Source: an uncultured Gammaproteobacteria bacterium (GTDB lineage: Bacteria; Patescibacteriota; Microgenomatia; Levybacterales; UBA12049). From it: DNA of 64,000 nucleotides. Below the pieces are notes generated by a model that made no database searches, was not told the origin of the DNA, and saw nothing but the letters and a program-made list of their open reading frames with translations. Shown piece by piece: positions 1-8,374 of the stretch (within the stretch, counting starts at the first letter, position 1; each line of letters starts with the position of its first letter). Both the position numbers and the translations under genes were made by a program. The stretch is from contig CAZKJM010000001.1 of NCBI GenBank assembly GCA_964553245.1, positions 447,555 to 511,554 on the forward strand, written 5' to 3'.

Positions 1-1952
1 TAGCAAGTTGAGTTAACAGTATTTGTTCCATCTACACAGTTTTCGAAACAATAATCAGCGCCATTGCTTTCTGTCCATATCCACCAACCCAAAATTCCAA
101 TATCTACGCCAAGTTTTTCGGAGGCAATAACAGCCTGAGGCATTACTTGTTTCCATCTTTTTAAAATTTCTTCATCAAATATTTTGGGGTTTGGATTATT
201 GGGTGCTGGAAATCCGTATGACTCGAATTTTTTTTGATCAAAACTAGCGCTTGTTGTTTGTCCAGATATTGAACTTGATTGGTTTGCGTTTGATTCCAGC
301 GTCCATTTTACTGTTTTAGTAAGAGATGTGTTTGTTGTTTGGTTTCCGTTTGCGTCAAAAAGAGTTGGGTTGTTGTCTGCGCTTACAAACTCCGCATTAT
401 CGGGGATAGGATCGGTTATAGTTATTTGACTGGGGTTTCCGGAATAAGAAACATTAATTGTAAAGGTTATATCTGAATCAGCAGAGCCAGCAATTGGATT
501 TGGGACACTTTCCTTATTTACTGTTTTAGAAATGTTTACAACAGGATTTCCTCCTATACCAAGCCTTGATTGATAATCCCCAGCACCGAATATAAGAAGA
601 ATTAAGACTAATATAATTATAAAAATTATTACAGCAAGAATAACCCACCCGACAGGATTGCTTCCTAGCGCTACAGCTCCTCCTGTTCCCGCGGCTGCTG
701 TTCCGGCTCCGGCAGCTCCAGCAGCGCTGCCAGCCGCGCCTCCGCCACCAAGAAGAGATCCAAAGATTGATCCTCCGGCTTGCCCTAAAAATCCTCTCCC
801 GGCACTTCCAAACAATTGTCCTCCTAATCTAGGACCAGATTTAAATATAGATTTGCCTTTGTTAAAAAGACTATTTGCTCTATCTATGTAATTTTTGGGT
901 TGTTTAATTGAGGGGAGTCTAAAATTACCAAGTGTTTCATGATCTTCATTATTTGTCGTAGTCGTAGTGGGTGTAAAGGTGGTTGGGGCAAAATACTCAT
1001 TTTGCCTTGCCGAAGAAGAATTGCCGGATGAAGATATGTGCTCACTTAATCTAATTGAAAAACATTGAATAAAAAAAGAAGTTACTTGCTCTCTTGTTTT
1101 TATTGATCCTTTATCCCATTGACGACTCATGGGCTTTTTTAATTTTAAAAATTTTCTCCTTTCTCTTGCGCTTTGGAGTTTTTTTGCCTGTTCAATTTTT
1201 TTTAAGGTTTCGGTTAGAGCAATTGAAACCACATCTCTCTTTGGATCTTGGGCTGGAGCATTTTTTATTGCTTCAATTGCCCTCGCTTTTTCTAAAAGAT
1301 CTGACTTTTCTTTTAAAAATGCTTCGTCTACAGCAAAACGGAAATCGTGATCTTCTTTAATTTGCGCTTCGGTTTTGCCGGCATGCTTTATGCACCATTC
1401 GTCAAACACTTTTTTTTCTGTTCTTCGATATTCCTCTTGCCTTTCTTTTGGGTCCCCAGAGGTCGTGTAGTCTTCTACAACAGTTCTTTTTACAACTTTT
1501 GTAAATAGATCAGGGGCAACAGTTTTTTTTAATCTGACGTTGTATAAAAGCTCTTTTTCTAATTTTTTTATTGATTCATTAAAAAGTTCATCTTTTGTTA
1601 ATTCTTTTTTTTGTTTGCCAAAATAAACGGCGTTTTCCTTTTTGTCTTTTTTTTGCGTCAGATCGCTTGTTTTTTTGTCTTCTGTATCGCTTACCTCCAC
1701 ATGATTTGGGTTTAGGAGAACATTTTCTATGTCCGATCGGAATTTTTCGTATTCAGGATAATCAACCAAGAGCTTAAAAAGGCTATCGTGCGCTCTTTTT
1801 AAACTGTCAGGGGTTCCGAGTGAAGCGTATTTCATTATTAAACTAAATCCATCCCTTGCGGCTTGACCCTTTTCATCTTGTGGCAATGTACTTATGAATT
1901 GCTCAATCCTTTTTTGAACAAATTCCTTTGTTTGACTGTCTTGGTTACTCAT
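1..1952 (-). CDS. Edge-truncated membrane protein. N-terminal ~330 aa are charged/cytoplasmic, followed by a Gly/Ala-rich segment, one TM helix (WVILAVIIFIIILVLILLIF) and an extracellular Ser/Thr/Asn-rich region. The last residues in the window (…VIASEKLGVDIGILGWWIWTESNGADYCFENC…) may begin a peptidoglycan-hydrolase (lytic transglycosylase/VirB1-like) domain.
   Basis: Manual reverse-strand translation gives an uninterrupted frame of 650 codons from ATG at 1952..1950 to the window edge. The ORF track omits it because no stop lies in the window. Its ATG overlaps the VirB4 TGA stop (ATGA), consistent with translational coupling. The small + strand ORFs at 658-1777 are antisense to it. Confidence 0.7.
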   Translation of the reverse strand, partial: MSNQDSQTKEFVQKRIEQFISTLPQDEKGQAARDGFSLIMKYASLGTPDSLKRAHDSLFKLLVDYPEYEKFRSDIENVLLNPNHVEVSDTEDKKTSDLTQKKDKKENAVYFGKQKKELTKDELFNESIKKLEKELLYNVRLKKTVAPDLFTKVVKRTVVEDYTTSGDPKERQEEYRRTEKKVFDEWCIKHAGKTEAQIKEDHDFRFAVDEAFLKEKSDLLEKARAIEAIKNAPAQDPKRDVVSIALTETLKKIEQAKKLQSARERRKFLKLKKPMSRQWDKGSIKTREQVTSFFIQCFSIRLSEHISSSGNSSSARQNEYFAPTTFTPTTTTTNNEDHETLGNFRLPSIKQPKNYIDRANSLFNKGKSIFKSGPRLGGQLFGSAGRGFLGQAGGSIFGSLLGGGGAAGSAAGAAGAGTAAAGTGGAVALGSNPVGWVILAVIIFIIILVLILLIFGAGDYQSRLGIGGNPVVNISKTVNKESVPNPIAGSADSDITFTINVSYSGNPSQITITDPIPDNAEFVSADNNPTLFDANGNQTTNTSLTKTVKWTLESNANQSSSISGQTTSASFDQKKFESYGFPAPNNPNPKIFDEEILKRWKQVMPQAVIASEKLGVDIGILGWWIWTESNGADYCFENCVDGTNTVNSTC

Positions 1953-3877
1953 AGATTAGTTGGCGTGGTTGGGTTTCCTGTCTGTATTGGTTGTTGATCA
2001 GGAGTTATTTCCGGATTTAATTGTTGGGGAGTTTTGGCAAGCGGTGCTTCATCCGTTGGTTTTTCGCTTGATTCCGTTTCTGCCTGTTTTTGCATTTTTT
2101 CAAGCTCTTGAGGATTAGATGTAATTAGCGTGTGCTCAAAAGGAGCAGCAATTACTTTTATAGCAACGTGACTTTGTCCTGCAAAAAATAATCCTTCACC
2201 GATGTCTGCGGAAAGCAACAACTCCTTTTCTCCTTGAGAAAGATAAAATATTTGAGCAATATGGTCAATTTCGGTAGTGCTTTGCTTTAAAAGCACTTGA
2301 ATTGATGAATTGGATAAAACAGCTTTCCCGTAGTCTGTTGATAAAAAGTCCTGAACATCCTGCGTTGCTGTGGTAAGCGCAAGATAATATTTTCTTGATC
2401 TTTTGGCTATTCCATAAACAAACGAAGCTGAATCCTGATATTTCATTATGTACCAAGCTTCATCTAAGATAAGCAATCTCTTTTTAAGATTCTTTTTAAC
2501 TTTTGTCCAAACAAAGTCCAAAATTATATGCATTGCAACCGGTCTTAATTCTTCCTCCAGGGTTTTAATATTAAATACGGTAAAAGGATTCTTTATGTCA
2601 AAGTTAGATTGTTGATTAAATATGCCATTTAAGCTTCCTTTAATGAATTTTTCAAGTCTTAAGGCAAGTTCTCTTGCGGCAGGATCTTCCATTCCCAAAA
2701 GTACTTTGTATAAGTCCTCCATAAGTGGAGGTTGTTTTTTTTGAGTTGAAGGATCTGCGGTAATTCCTTTTTGTCTGTATGTTTCTACCAGAGCTCTATC
2801 AAGTATCGCGTCGTGGGCAGGATCAAGATTGCCCATAATTATTCTTAGCAAGCCGTGAAGAGATAATATTTTTAAGCCGAGTTCGTTTTCCCCTTCTTCG
2901 TAAAGACCAGAAAGATCAAAAGGATTAATTTTTACCGGCTCAGACGGAGTAAAAGAAACATGCTCCCCTCCTAATGTTTTTGTCAGCGCTTCGTATTCTC
3001 CTTCCGGATCAATAATTATTACTTCTGTGCCAAACATAAATTGTCGCATCGCTTCAAGCTTAATAAGATATGATTTTCCGGAACCTGATTTACCAAAAAC
3101 TACTTCATTTGCATTTTCCAGTGTGTATCGATCAAAAATAACTAGTGAACCGTTTTGTTCGTTGATGCCATACATTACTCCGCGATCCTGCGTTAAAGTA
3201 GCAGAGGTAAACGGAAAGGTAGAAGCAAGAGAAGTTGTGTCCATGTTTCTGGTTATGAATAATCTGTCTTGACCAATTGGAATTGTTGACTTAAACCCGT
3301 CTTCCATCTGAAGGGTAGCGGTTTTAGTAATCATCATAATGGAATTAAGTATTGAGTTTAGTCTTTTTGATGCTTCGCTAAGATCATCAAGATTATCCGA
3401 AGATAAAGTTATATACAAACTGAACTGGAAAAATCTTTCAACTCCTTTTGCAAGTTGCTCTTGTATTTCCAGTGCGTCATCAAGTGCTGCTCTTACTTTT
3501 GGATCAACAACTTTTCCCTCCTCGATTTCGGAGGAAATAGTCGCTTCCATTTCGGCAATTTTTCTTCTTAAATCTGCCAGAACATCGGAGGCAGAGGTTG
3601 GGTAAATAAACATTGATACATTCATTGAATGGTCAAAGTCAATTAAAGGCTGTAGCCAGTTTGGAGAAACATAACGTGGGTATCCTACTACAAAAAACGT
3701 ACGATAGTATAAATCTCCAACGCGGATATATTTAAAATCTACTTCAACCGATGGGGGAGCAATTACATCAACTAAAGAAACCATTCCTTTTTCAAGCTTT
3801 TTAATACCGGGACCTTTTGTGTTTTGCTGAACAGGGATTATTGGTTGTTGTTTTGTTTTCTTGCCAAATATTTTCAT
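1949..3877 (-). CDS. virB4: Type IV secretion ATPase, VirB4/TrbE/TraC family
   Basis: Walker A (VVFGKSGSGKSYLIKL) and the family-typical Walker B (LLILDEAWYIMK) are present. Length is 642 aa. Pilin and VirB6-like genes lie upstream in the same orientation. Confidence 0.85.
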   Translation of the reverse strand: MKIFGKKTKQQPIIPVQQNTKGPGIKKLEKGMVSLVDVIAPPSVEVDFKYIRVGDLYYRTFFVVGYPRYVSPNWLQPLIDFDHSMNVSMFIYPTSASDVLADLRRKIAEMEATISSEIEEGKVVDPKVRAALDDALEIQEQLAKGVERFFQFSLYITLSSDNLDDLSEASKRLNSILNSIMMITKTATLQMEDGFKSTIPIGQDRLFITRNMDTTSLASTFPFTSATLTQDRGVMYGINEQNGSLVIFDRYTLENANEVVFGKSGSGKSYLIKLEAMRQFMFGTEVIIIDPEGEYEALTKTLGGEHVSFTPSEPVKINPFDLSGLYEEGENELGLKILSLHGLLRIIMGNLDPAHDAILDRALVETYRQKGITADPSTQKKQPPLMEDLYKVLLGMEDPAARELALRLEKFIKGSLNGIFNQQSNFDIKNPFTVFNIKTLEEELRPVAMHIILDFVWTKVKKNLKKRLLILDEAWYIMKYQDSASFVYGIAKRSRKYYLALTTATQDVQDFLSTDYGKAVLSNSSIQVLLKQSTTEIDHIAQIFYLSQGEKELLLSADIGEGLFFAGQSHVAIKVIAAPFEHTLITSNPQELEKMQKQAETESSEKPTDEAPLAKTPQQLNPEITPDQQPIQTGNPTTPTNL

Positions 3878-4542
3878 TTTTCTTCCTTTCTTACAATAGC
3901 TGTTTTTATATTTTCGGTTATCTGGTTTGTTTCGATATGGGCATCGTTATAAAGCTCGTAATAAAGTTTAACCAATTCCTCTTTTTCTAGCGTTTTTGCT
4001 CCAAGGCTAAGCCTTGCGAGTTGAGCGTGAATCGTATCAAGCTTTGTATGCAAAGATGCTTTTGCCTCTTCGATAAAAGAGTTTTTCCCCGACTGTTTTT
4101 TTACCGTTGCATTTGCAGCTACGGTTGCAGCTCCTTTTTCAAGATACGAATAGGGTATGCAGATATAAAAATTTTTGTCCAGCACGATATTTACTTTAAC
4201 CAATTCCTGCACAAAATCTCTATACAATTTAATTTGACTTGCTAGCATTTCGTTTTGGGTATTTTTGGCTTCGTTGTCTAATAGTTTTAAGTATGAGCTA
4301 ATATCTAGCTTTTTACTCCTAATAATAATTTCTATTGGAAAAGAAAGTGAGTTTAGAAGCGACGCGTAGGAATATATTTTTGTATTTTGCTCTTCAAGCG
4401 ATAAAAGCGCAAAATTTGTCGCTCTAACTTCAATAATAGAACAGGCACTATTTCCGGACAGAAGAACAATATCGTCAATAATATCAATAATTTCCGTAAA
4501 TTTTTGAGTTGTTGAGTGTATTTTTTGGGCAGAATCTTTCAT
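3874..4542 (-). CDS. Hypothetical soluble protein within the T4SS-like operon
   Basis: 222-aa ORF with a 4-nt overlap to virB4 and 3 nt from the upstream gene. No TM segment or recognisable motif. Confidence 0.5.
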   Translation of the reverse strand: MKDSAQKIHSTTQKFTEIIDIIDDIVLLSGNSACSIIEVRATNFALLSLEEQNTKIYSYASLLNSLSFPIEIIIRSKKLDISSYLKLLDNEAKNTQNEMLASQIKLYRDFVQELVKVNIVLDKNFYICIPYSYLEKGAATVAANATVKKQSGKNSFIEEAKASLHTKLDTIHAQLARLSLGAKTLEKEELVKLYYELYNDAHIETNQITENIKTAIVRKEEK

Positions 4543-4545
4543 ATA

Positions 4546-5811
4546 TTAATTACCGAATAAACTTTTTCTTAATTCTTCTCGCTCATCAATAGAAATTACT
4601 TCAATCGGCAAGATTATTTCTCCGGTTGCCTGAAATTCAACAGAATCGAATCTATGTTTTTTTTCCGGATCCTCAAAGTCAATGGTGTATATGCCGTTGG
4701 ACAAAGGAGTTGCTGATGCAAATTGCCCAAGCGGGTTAGTCTTAAAAGCCCGGACTGGGTTTCCTTCCTCGTCTTTTACCTCAACTAAAATATTCGGTAG
4801 AGGATTGTTTCTTGAGTCTTTTATAATACCTGTTAAAACATTTGGAAAATCAGTAGAAATAGGAAGTCCTACGCTTTTGCCCATTTCTTTTGGAATGCTT
4901 CTAACATGTTTAGTTTGTTTTATTTGCGGCTCAGGGATCGCCATGCTTGGGGTGTAAACTTTTTTATTTTGTACCTCAAGTTTTTTTTGAAGTTCCAATA
5001 ATTGATTTTCTAATTGTTGTTTTTGAAGCATAGTTTCATTTAAGATCTTTTCAAGTTCAGTTACTTTTTGGTGCGCTGCCTCATACTCTTTGGATCCTGT
5101 TTTCTCCGAAACTTCTTTTTGCTTTGCTTCCTCAAGTTGTTTTTGAAGAATTACAGCTTCTTTCTGAAGCTCTTCTTCTTTTTCTTCCGGTTCTTCTTTA
5201 GCTTCTTTGGTTGGCATATCAACCGGTTTTGGTGGTTCCACTACAGTTTTTAAATTGTTTTTGCCAAAAATTGCAGCAAATGGATTAGGAAGAGAAAAAG
5301 AGCTGTCATCTTGCAGGGTCTTGGCTTGAATTATTGGGTTAGAAATATTATTCAAGGTTTGCAAAAATGATATTTCTTTTTCGTCCAATTTATTTTTAGG
5401 AGTTTTTGGTAGCGAGGATAAAAATGACTTGAGCTTTTCTTCCGAAATTGCGGGTTGAACAGGAGAGTGAGCCATTATTGCGCCTTGTTTTAATGTCCCA
5501 AACTCGGGAAAATAAAGATCTGCTCCGTTTTTTTGATAAACAAATTGAGTTGGGTTAAAAAGTGCCTTTGAAAAATTGCCAATCATTACATCCAATGGTC
5601 TTCCCTCTATTGGCAAAAAAGCAAAGCTTGCTCCGATTCCGGCTACTACAAGCGCAATCGGAAGTTTTATCAAAAGCAAAAACGGCATAGCAGTAATAAT
5701 CCAACCTAAAATTACGCCTGTTGCAAGATATGCAAACTGTTTGACAGTCATATTGCCGATTAGTTTAAACTGAAAGCCTGTTATATCTTGAGGAATAGGG
5801 TGATTTTCCAT
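4546..5811 (-). CDS. T4SS-associated membrane protein. The N-terminal two-TM module (VirB3/PrgI-like?) is followed by a long coiled coil (EEKEEELQKEAVILQKQLEEAKQ…) and a C-terminal beta-sandwich-like domain.
   Basis: The N-terminus (TGFQFKLIGNMTVKQFAYLATGVILGWIITAMPF…) carries two predicted TM helices and is placed immediately upstream of virB4, as VirB3/PrgI is. Coiled-coil heptads are visible. The C-terminal region (PNILVEVKDEEGNPVRAFKTNPLGQFASATPLSNGIYTIDFE) resembles a carboxypeptidase-regulatory-like/Ig-like fold. Confidence 0.45.
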   Translation of the reverse strand: MENHPIPQDITGFQFKLIGNMTVKQFAYLATGVILGWIITAMPFLLLIKLPIALVVAGIGASFAFLPIEGRPLDVMIGNFSKALFNPTQFVYQKNGADLYFPEFGTLKQGAIMAHSPVQPAISEEKLKSFLSSLPKTPKNKLDEKEISFLQTLNNISNPIIQAKTLQDDSSFSLPNPFAAIFGKNNLKTVVEPPKPVDMPTKEAKEEPEEKEEELQKEAVILQKQLEEAKQKEVSEKTGSKEYEAAHQKVTELEKILNETMLQKQQLENQLLELQKKLEVQNKKVYTPSMAIPEPQIKQTKHVRSIPKEMGKSVGLPISTDFPNVLTGIIKDSRNNPLPNILVEVKDEEGNPVRAFKTNPLGQFASATPLSNGIYTIDFEDPEKKHRFDSVEFQATGEIILPIEVISIDEREELRKSLFGN

Positions 5812-5958
5812 ATAAAACTACTGTATAACGTGAAAAATTTGCTTTCAAGATTATCAAACTAGGTCAAACAACAATTAAAATGTATCTAAAAACCGTGAAA
5901 AATGCAATATAGAAAAACAATAATAATTTATGTAATTATTTCTTTTAGAAAAAGAGGA

Positions 5959-6342
5959 TTAGGAACAGTTATTAAACCCAAAATAATTAATACATTCGGC
6001 TCCTGTTATATAGGCGATAATTTTTATTATTAAAAAAGATAAAAAGATTACCAATAAGCCGATAATTGCATAGGTTAAAGTTTTTTTTGCTTGATCAATT
6101 TTCTTTTGATCTCCGCCTGATGTTATAAAGCTGATTCCGGATAAAATAACAAAAATTAAGGCAACACTTCCCGATAAAATCAAGAGCCAATTAACAACTT
6201 GACCAAATACAACCGGAAGGCATTGAAGAGTTGCAACTCCGTCTACCATACAGTTTGACCAAGAAGCTCCGCCTGAAGTTCCTCCTGTGGAGCCGGTTCC
6301 AGGATCAGCTTTGGCGATAAGGTTAATAAAAGTTGCCAACAT
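5959..6342 (-). CDS. VirB2/TrbC-like T4SS pilin, paralogue 1
   Basis: 127 aa with two hydrophobic helices separated by the short polar loop TSGGDQKKIDQAKKTLTYA, shared with the neighbouring paralogues. It has Cys pairs near the N-terminal (SNCMVDGVATLQC) and C-terminal (AECINYFGFNNC) ends. Confidence 0.6.
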   Translation of the reverse strand: MLATFINLIAKADPGTGSTGGTSGGASWSNCMVDGVATLQCLPVVFGQVVNWLLILSGSVALIFVILSGISFITSGGDQKKIDQAKKTLTYAIIGLLVIFLSFLIIKIIAYITGAECINYFGFNNCS

Positions 6343-6386
6343 AAAGATAGATTAACAAAAGAAATATTAATTTACAATACGCTTTG

Positions 6387-6779
6387 TTATAAAGTCGGGA
6401 GTTCTAGATTATTGATGCTTGGGAGACCAAATACACTTAGTATAATGCTTATTATTAAGTAAGAAAGAAATACTACGATTAATCCAATAATAGCAGCTAC
6501 TATATGACTTCTTGCTGCTTCTACTTTTCCTTTATCTCCACCGGATGTGACCCATCTGATACCACCATATATTAAGTATCCAAGAGCAGCAACAATTGCT
6601 AATATAAATGCGGTATTAATTATTACACCGATTATTTTTCCAAAATCTCCAGCTTTAAGCTCGCATAGAGTTTGAGATATTCCTCCACCTTCGCAAAGAT
6701 TAATGGTCTCTGCAAACGCAAATGGAGCCAGTGTTAAATAGGTTGCTGCTGAGGTAATAATTCCTACAGTTTTTTTCAT
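6387..6779 (-). CDS. VirB2/TrbC-like T4SS pilin, paralogue 2
   Basis: Signal-peptide-like N-terminus (MKKTVGIITSAATYLTLAPFAFA), then TM1, loop (TSGGDKGKVEAARSH) and TM2. This is the classic VirB2 topology. Confidence 0.65.
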   Translation of the reverse strand: MKKTVGIITSAATYLTLAPFAFAETINLCEGGGISQTLCELKAGDFGKIIGVIINTAFILAIVAALGYLIYGGIRWVTSGGDKGKVEAARSHIVAAIIGLIVVFLSYLIISIILSVFGLPSINNLELPTL

Positions 6780-6824
6780 TTATAATTTAATGCTAGTATT
6801 AAATTCCTGTCTTGTCAAGTACTT

Positions 6825-7139
6825 TTATATAAAATTATTAATTCCGAATAGTCCTCCGATAATATTTACAATTAAATACGCTAATAAAACAACTACCAAC
6901 CCGGCTACGGCATAAAATAATTTTTTTCTTGCTGCTTGCAATTTTTGTTTATCGCCCTCTGATGTCATCCACTGAAATCCTCCGTAGATTAAAAAGCCTA
7001 AAGCCAGAATAATAGCAACTATATATAATATATTTACTCCGACACCGATAATTTTTTCAAGAGTACCTGCTCCACCGGTTGGAATTCCTTGTGGTCCTGT
7101 AATCTCTTGTCCTGCAATATTTAAAACGATCTCCTTCAT
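6825..7139 (-). CDS. VirB2/TrbC-like T4SS pilin, paralogue 3
   Basis: 104 aa with TM1, loop MTSEGDKQKLQAARKKL and TM2, the same motif as paralogues 1 and 2. Only 3 nt separate it from the upstream gene. Confidence 0.6.
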   Translation of the reverse strand: MKEIVLNIAGQEITGPQGIPTGGAGTLEKIIGVGVNILYIVAIILALGFLIYGGFQWMTSEGDKQKLQAARKKLFYAVAGLVVVLLAYLIVNIIGGLFGINNFI

Positions 7140-7142
7140 AAA

Positions 7143-8336
7143 TCAGCTGAATCCGGGTATTTTTAAAATATCAACACCAATTACCTGAAGTATAACAAGG
7201 GAAAAGATTATAAACAATAATCCAACAATAGCTGCTGTTAAAGACTCTTTTGCTCCCTGCATTTTTTCCGGGTTTCCTCTTGCCAAAATAATTTTGTAAC
7301 CAGATAGAATGATTAAGATTAATGCAATTCCCCCGGAAAGACTTAAAAGGACACCGAATAAAGATTTAATAAAAGACGCTGCATCTGTTCCTAATGTTAT
7401 TCCAAGCCCAGTATCTATGGATAAACATTTTCCGCCATCTCCCAACTCTGAACAATGCGCAGTAATCGGAGGAAGATTATCAAAAAGGTTATCAATAAAT
7501 ACTTTCCCCTCATTGCTTTCTTCTCCTAAAACATTTAGAACGATCCAGTCTTTATTATTGCCTTCAAAAACATATATAGTTTGATCTCCAATTGCCTTAT
7601 CTGGAACCTTAAGTTCTATTTTACATTCAGGCTCATCTAGACATTGCCTTAAATTGTCCGATCCGCCCTGGAACCTGTATTTATAAGTCCCGCTTTTGTT
7701 GTTATGGATTGTCAATGTAACTGTCTCTCCAGGATTTGCTTTTGAAGGATCGATTGACAACGTGAATGGAGCATTATGTTCTTGATCTAAATAAAAAGTT
7801 CTATAGGTCTCGACATGTTCTTTTTGTTTATTGGTTGCATAAAGTCTATAGACAGCGCCTCCTGTTCCAAAAATATCAAATTTTTCCACTTTAAATTGCG
7901 CTTTAATTTTCCAATTTTTCCCCCCATCATTACTAAAACAAGATTGTTGAACAAATGATGATCCTTGATGAGATAGGTCGCATGTTGAAGACTTTCTGTT
8001 AATTTTATACTCCAATTTCCATTCATGTTTTGAAGATTTAAAAACATTACTGGTTGATTCATTCTCTACCAAAATTAAGAGTTGATATTCTTCATCTGGT
8101 TTTGGCGCTGGTAATTGTCCCCCTCTTGAGTAATAAAGTGTTGTTTGAGTTTGAGCAGTGCTTACTTCTCCCCAAATAGCATCAGAAATATCTAGTTCAA
8201 CGTTTATAATGTCACCGTTTTTTACATTAGTTTTATCAATCGTTAGCGCAACTCCGCTTGCATGAACAGGGTTTTTAAAAAACAGGAAAAAAATTAAGAT
8301 TAAGATTGAAAATAGAATTCTTTTCAGGACAGGCAT
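7143..8336 (-). CDS. Pilin-fusion protein. After a signal peptide, a ~300-aa extracellular domain is fused to a C-terminal VirB2-like pilin module.
   Basis: The N-terminal signal is MPVLKRILFSILILIFFLFFKNPVHA. The Cys-containing extracellular region is beta-rich. The C-terminal 70 aa (…ILSGYKIILARGNPEKMQGAKESLTAAIVGLLFIIFSLVILQ…) repeat the TM-loop-TM motif of the three small pilins. Confidence 0.55.
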   Translation of the reverse strand: MPVLKRILFSILILIFFLFFKNPVHASGVALTIDKTNVKNGDIINVELDISDAIWGEVSTAQTQTTLYYSRGGQLPAPKPDEEYQLLILVENESTSNVFKSSKHEWKLEYKINRKSSTCDLSHQGSSFVQQSCFSNDGGKNWKIKAQFKVEKFDIFGTGGAVYRLYATNKQKEHVETYRTFYLDQEHNAPFTLSIDPSKANPGETVTLTIHNNKSGTYKYRFQGGSDNLRQCLDEPECKIELKVPDKAIGDQTIYVFEGNNKDWIVLNVLGEESNEGKVFIDNLFDNLPPITAHCSELGDGGKCLSIDTGLGITLGTDAASFIKSLFGVLLSLSGGIALILIILSGYKIILARGNPEKMQGAKESLTAAIVGLLFIIFSLVILQVIGVDILKIPGFS

Positions 8337-8374
8337 AATTAAATCGTAATTTAAAAAGTCTGTAAAAGCAAGTT

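Noticed and set aside
658-1777. Four small + strand ORFs in the track (658-891, 1094-1360, 1129-1350, 1595-1777), including a Pro/Ala-rich one
   Set aside because: They are antisense to the long uninterrupted minus-strand frame 1..1952. The Pro/Ala-rich peptide is just the reverse reading of the Gly/Ala-rich codons, so they are artefacts.
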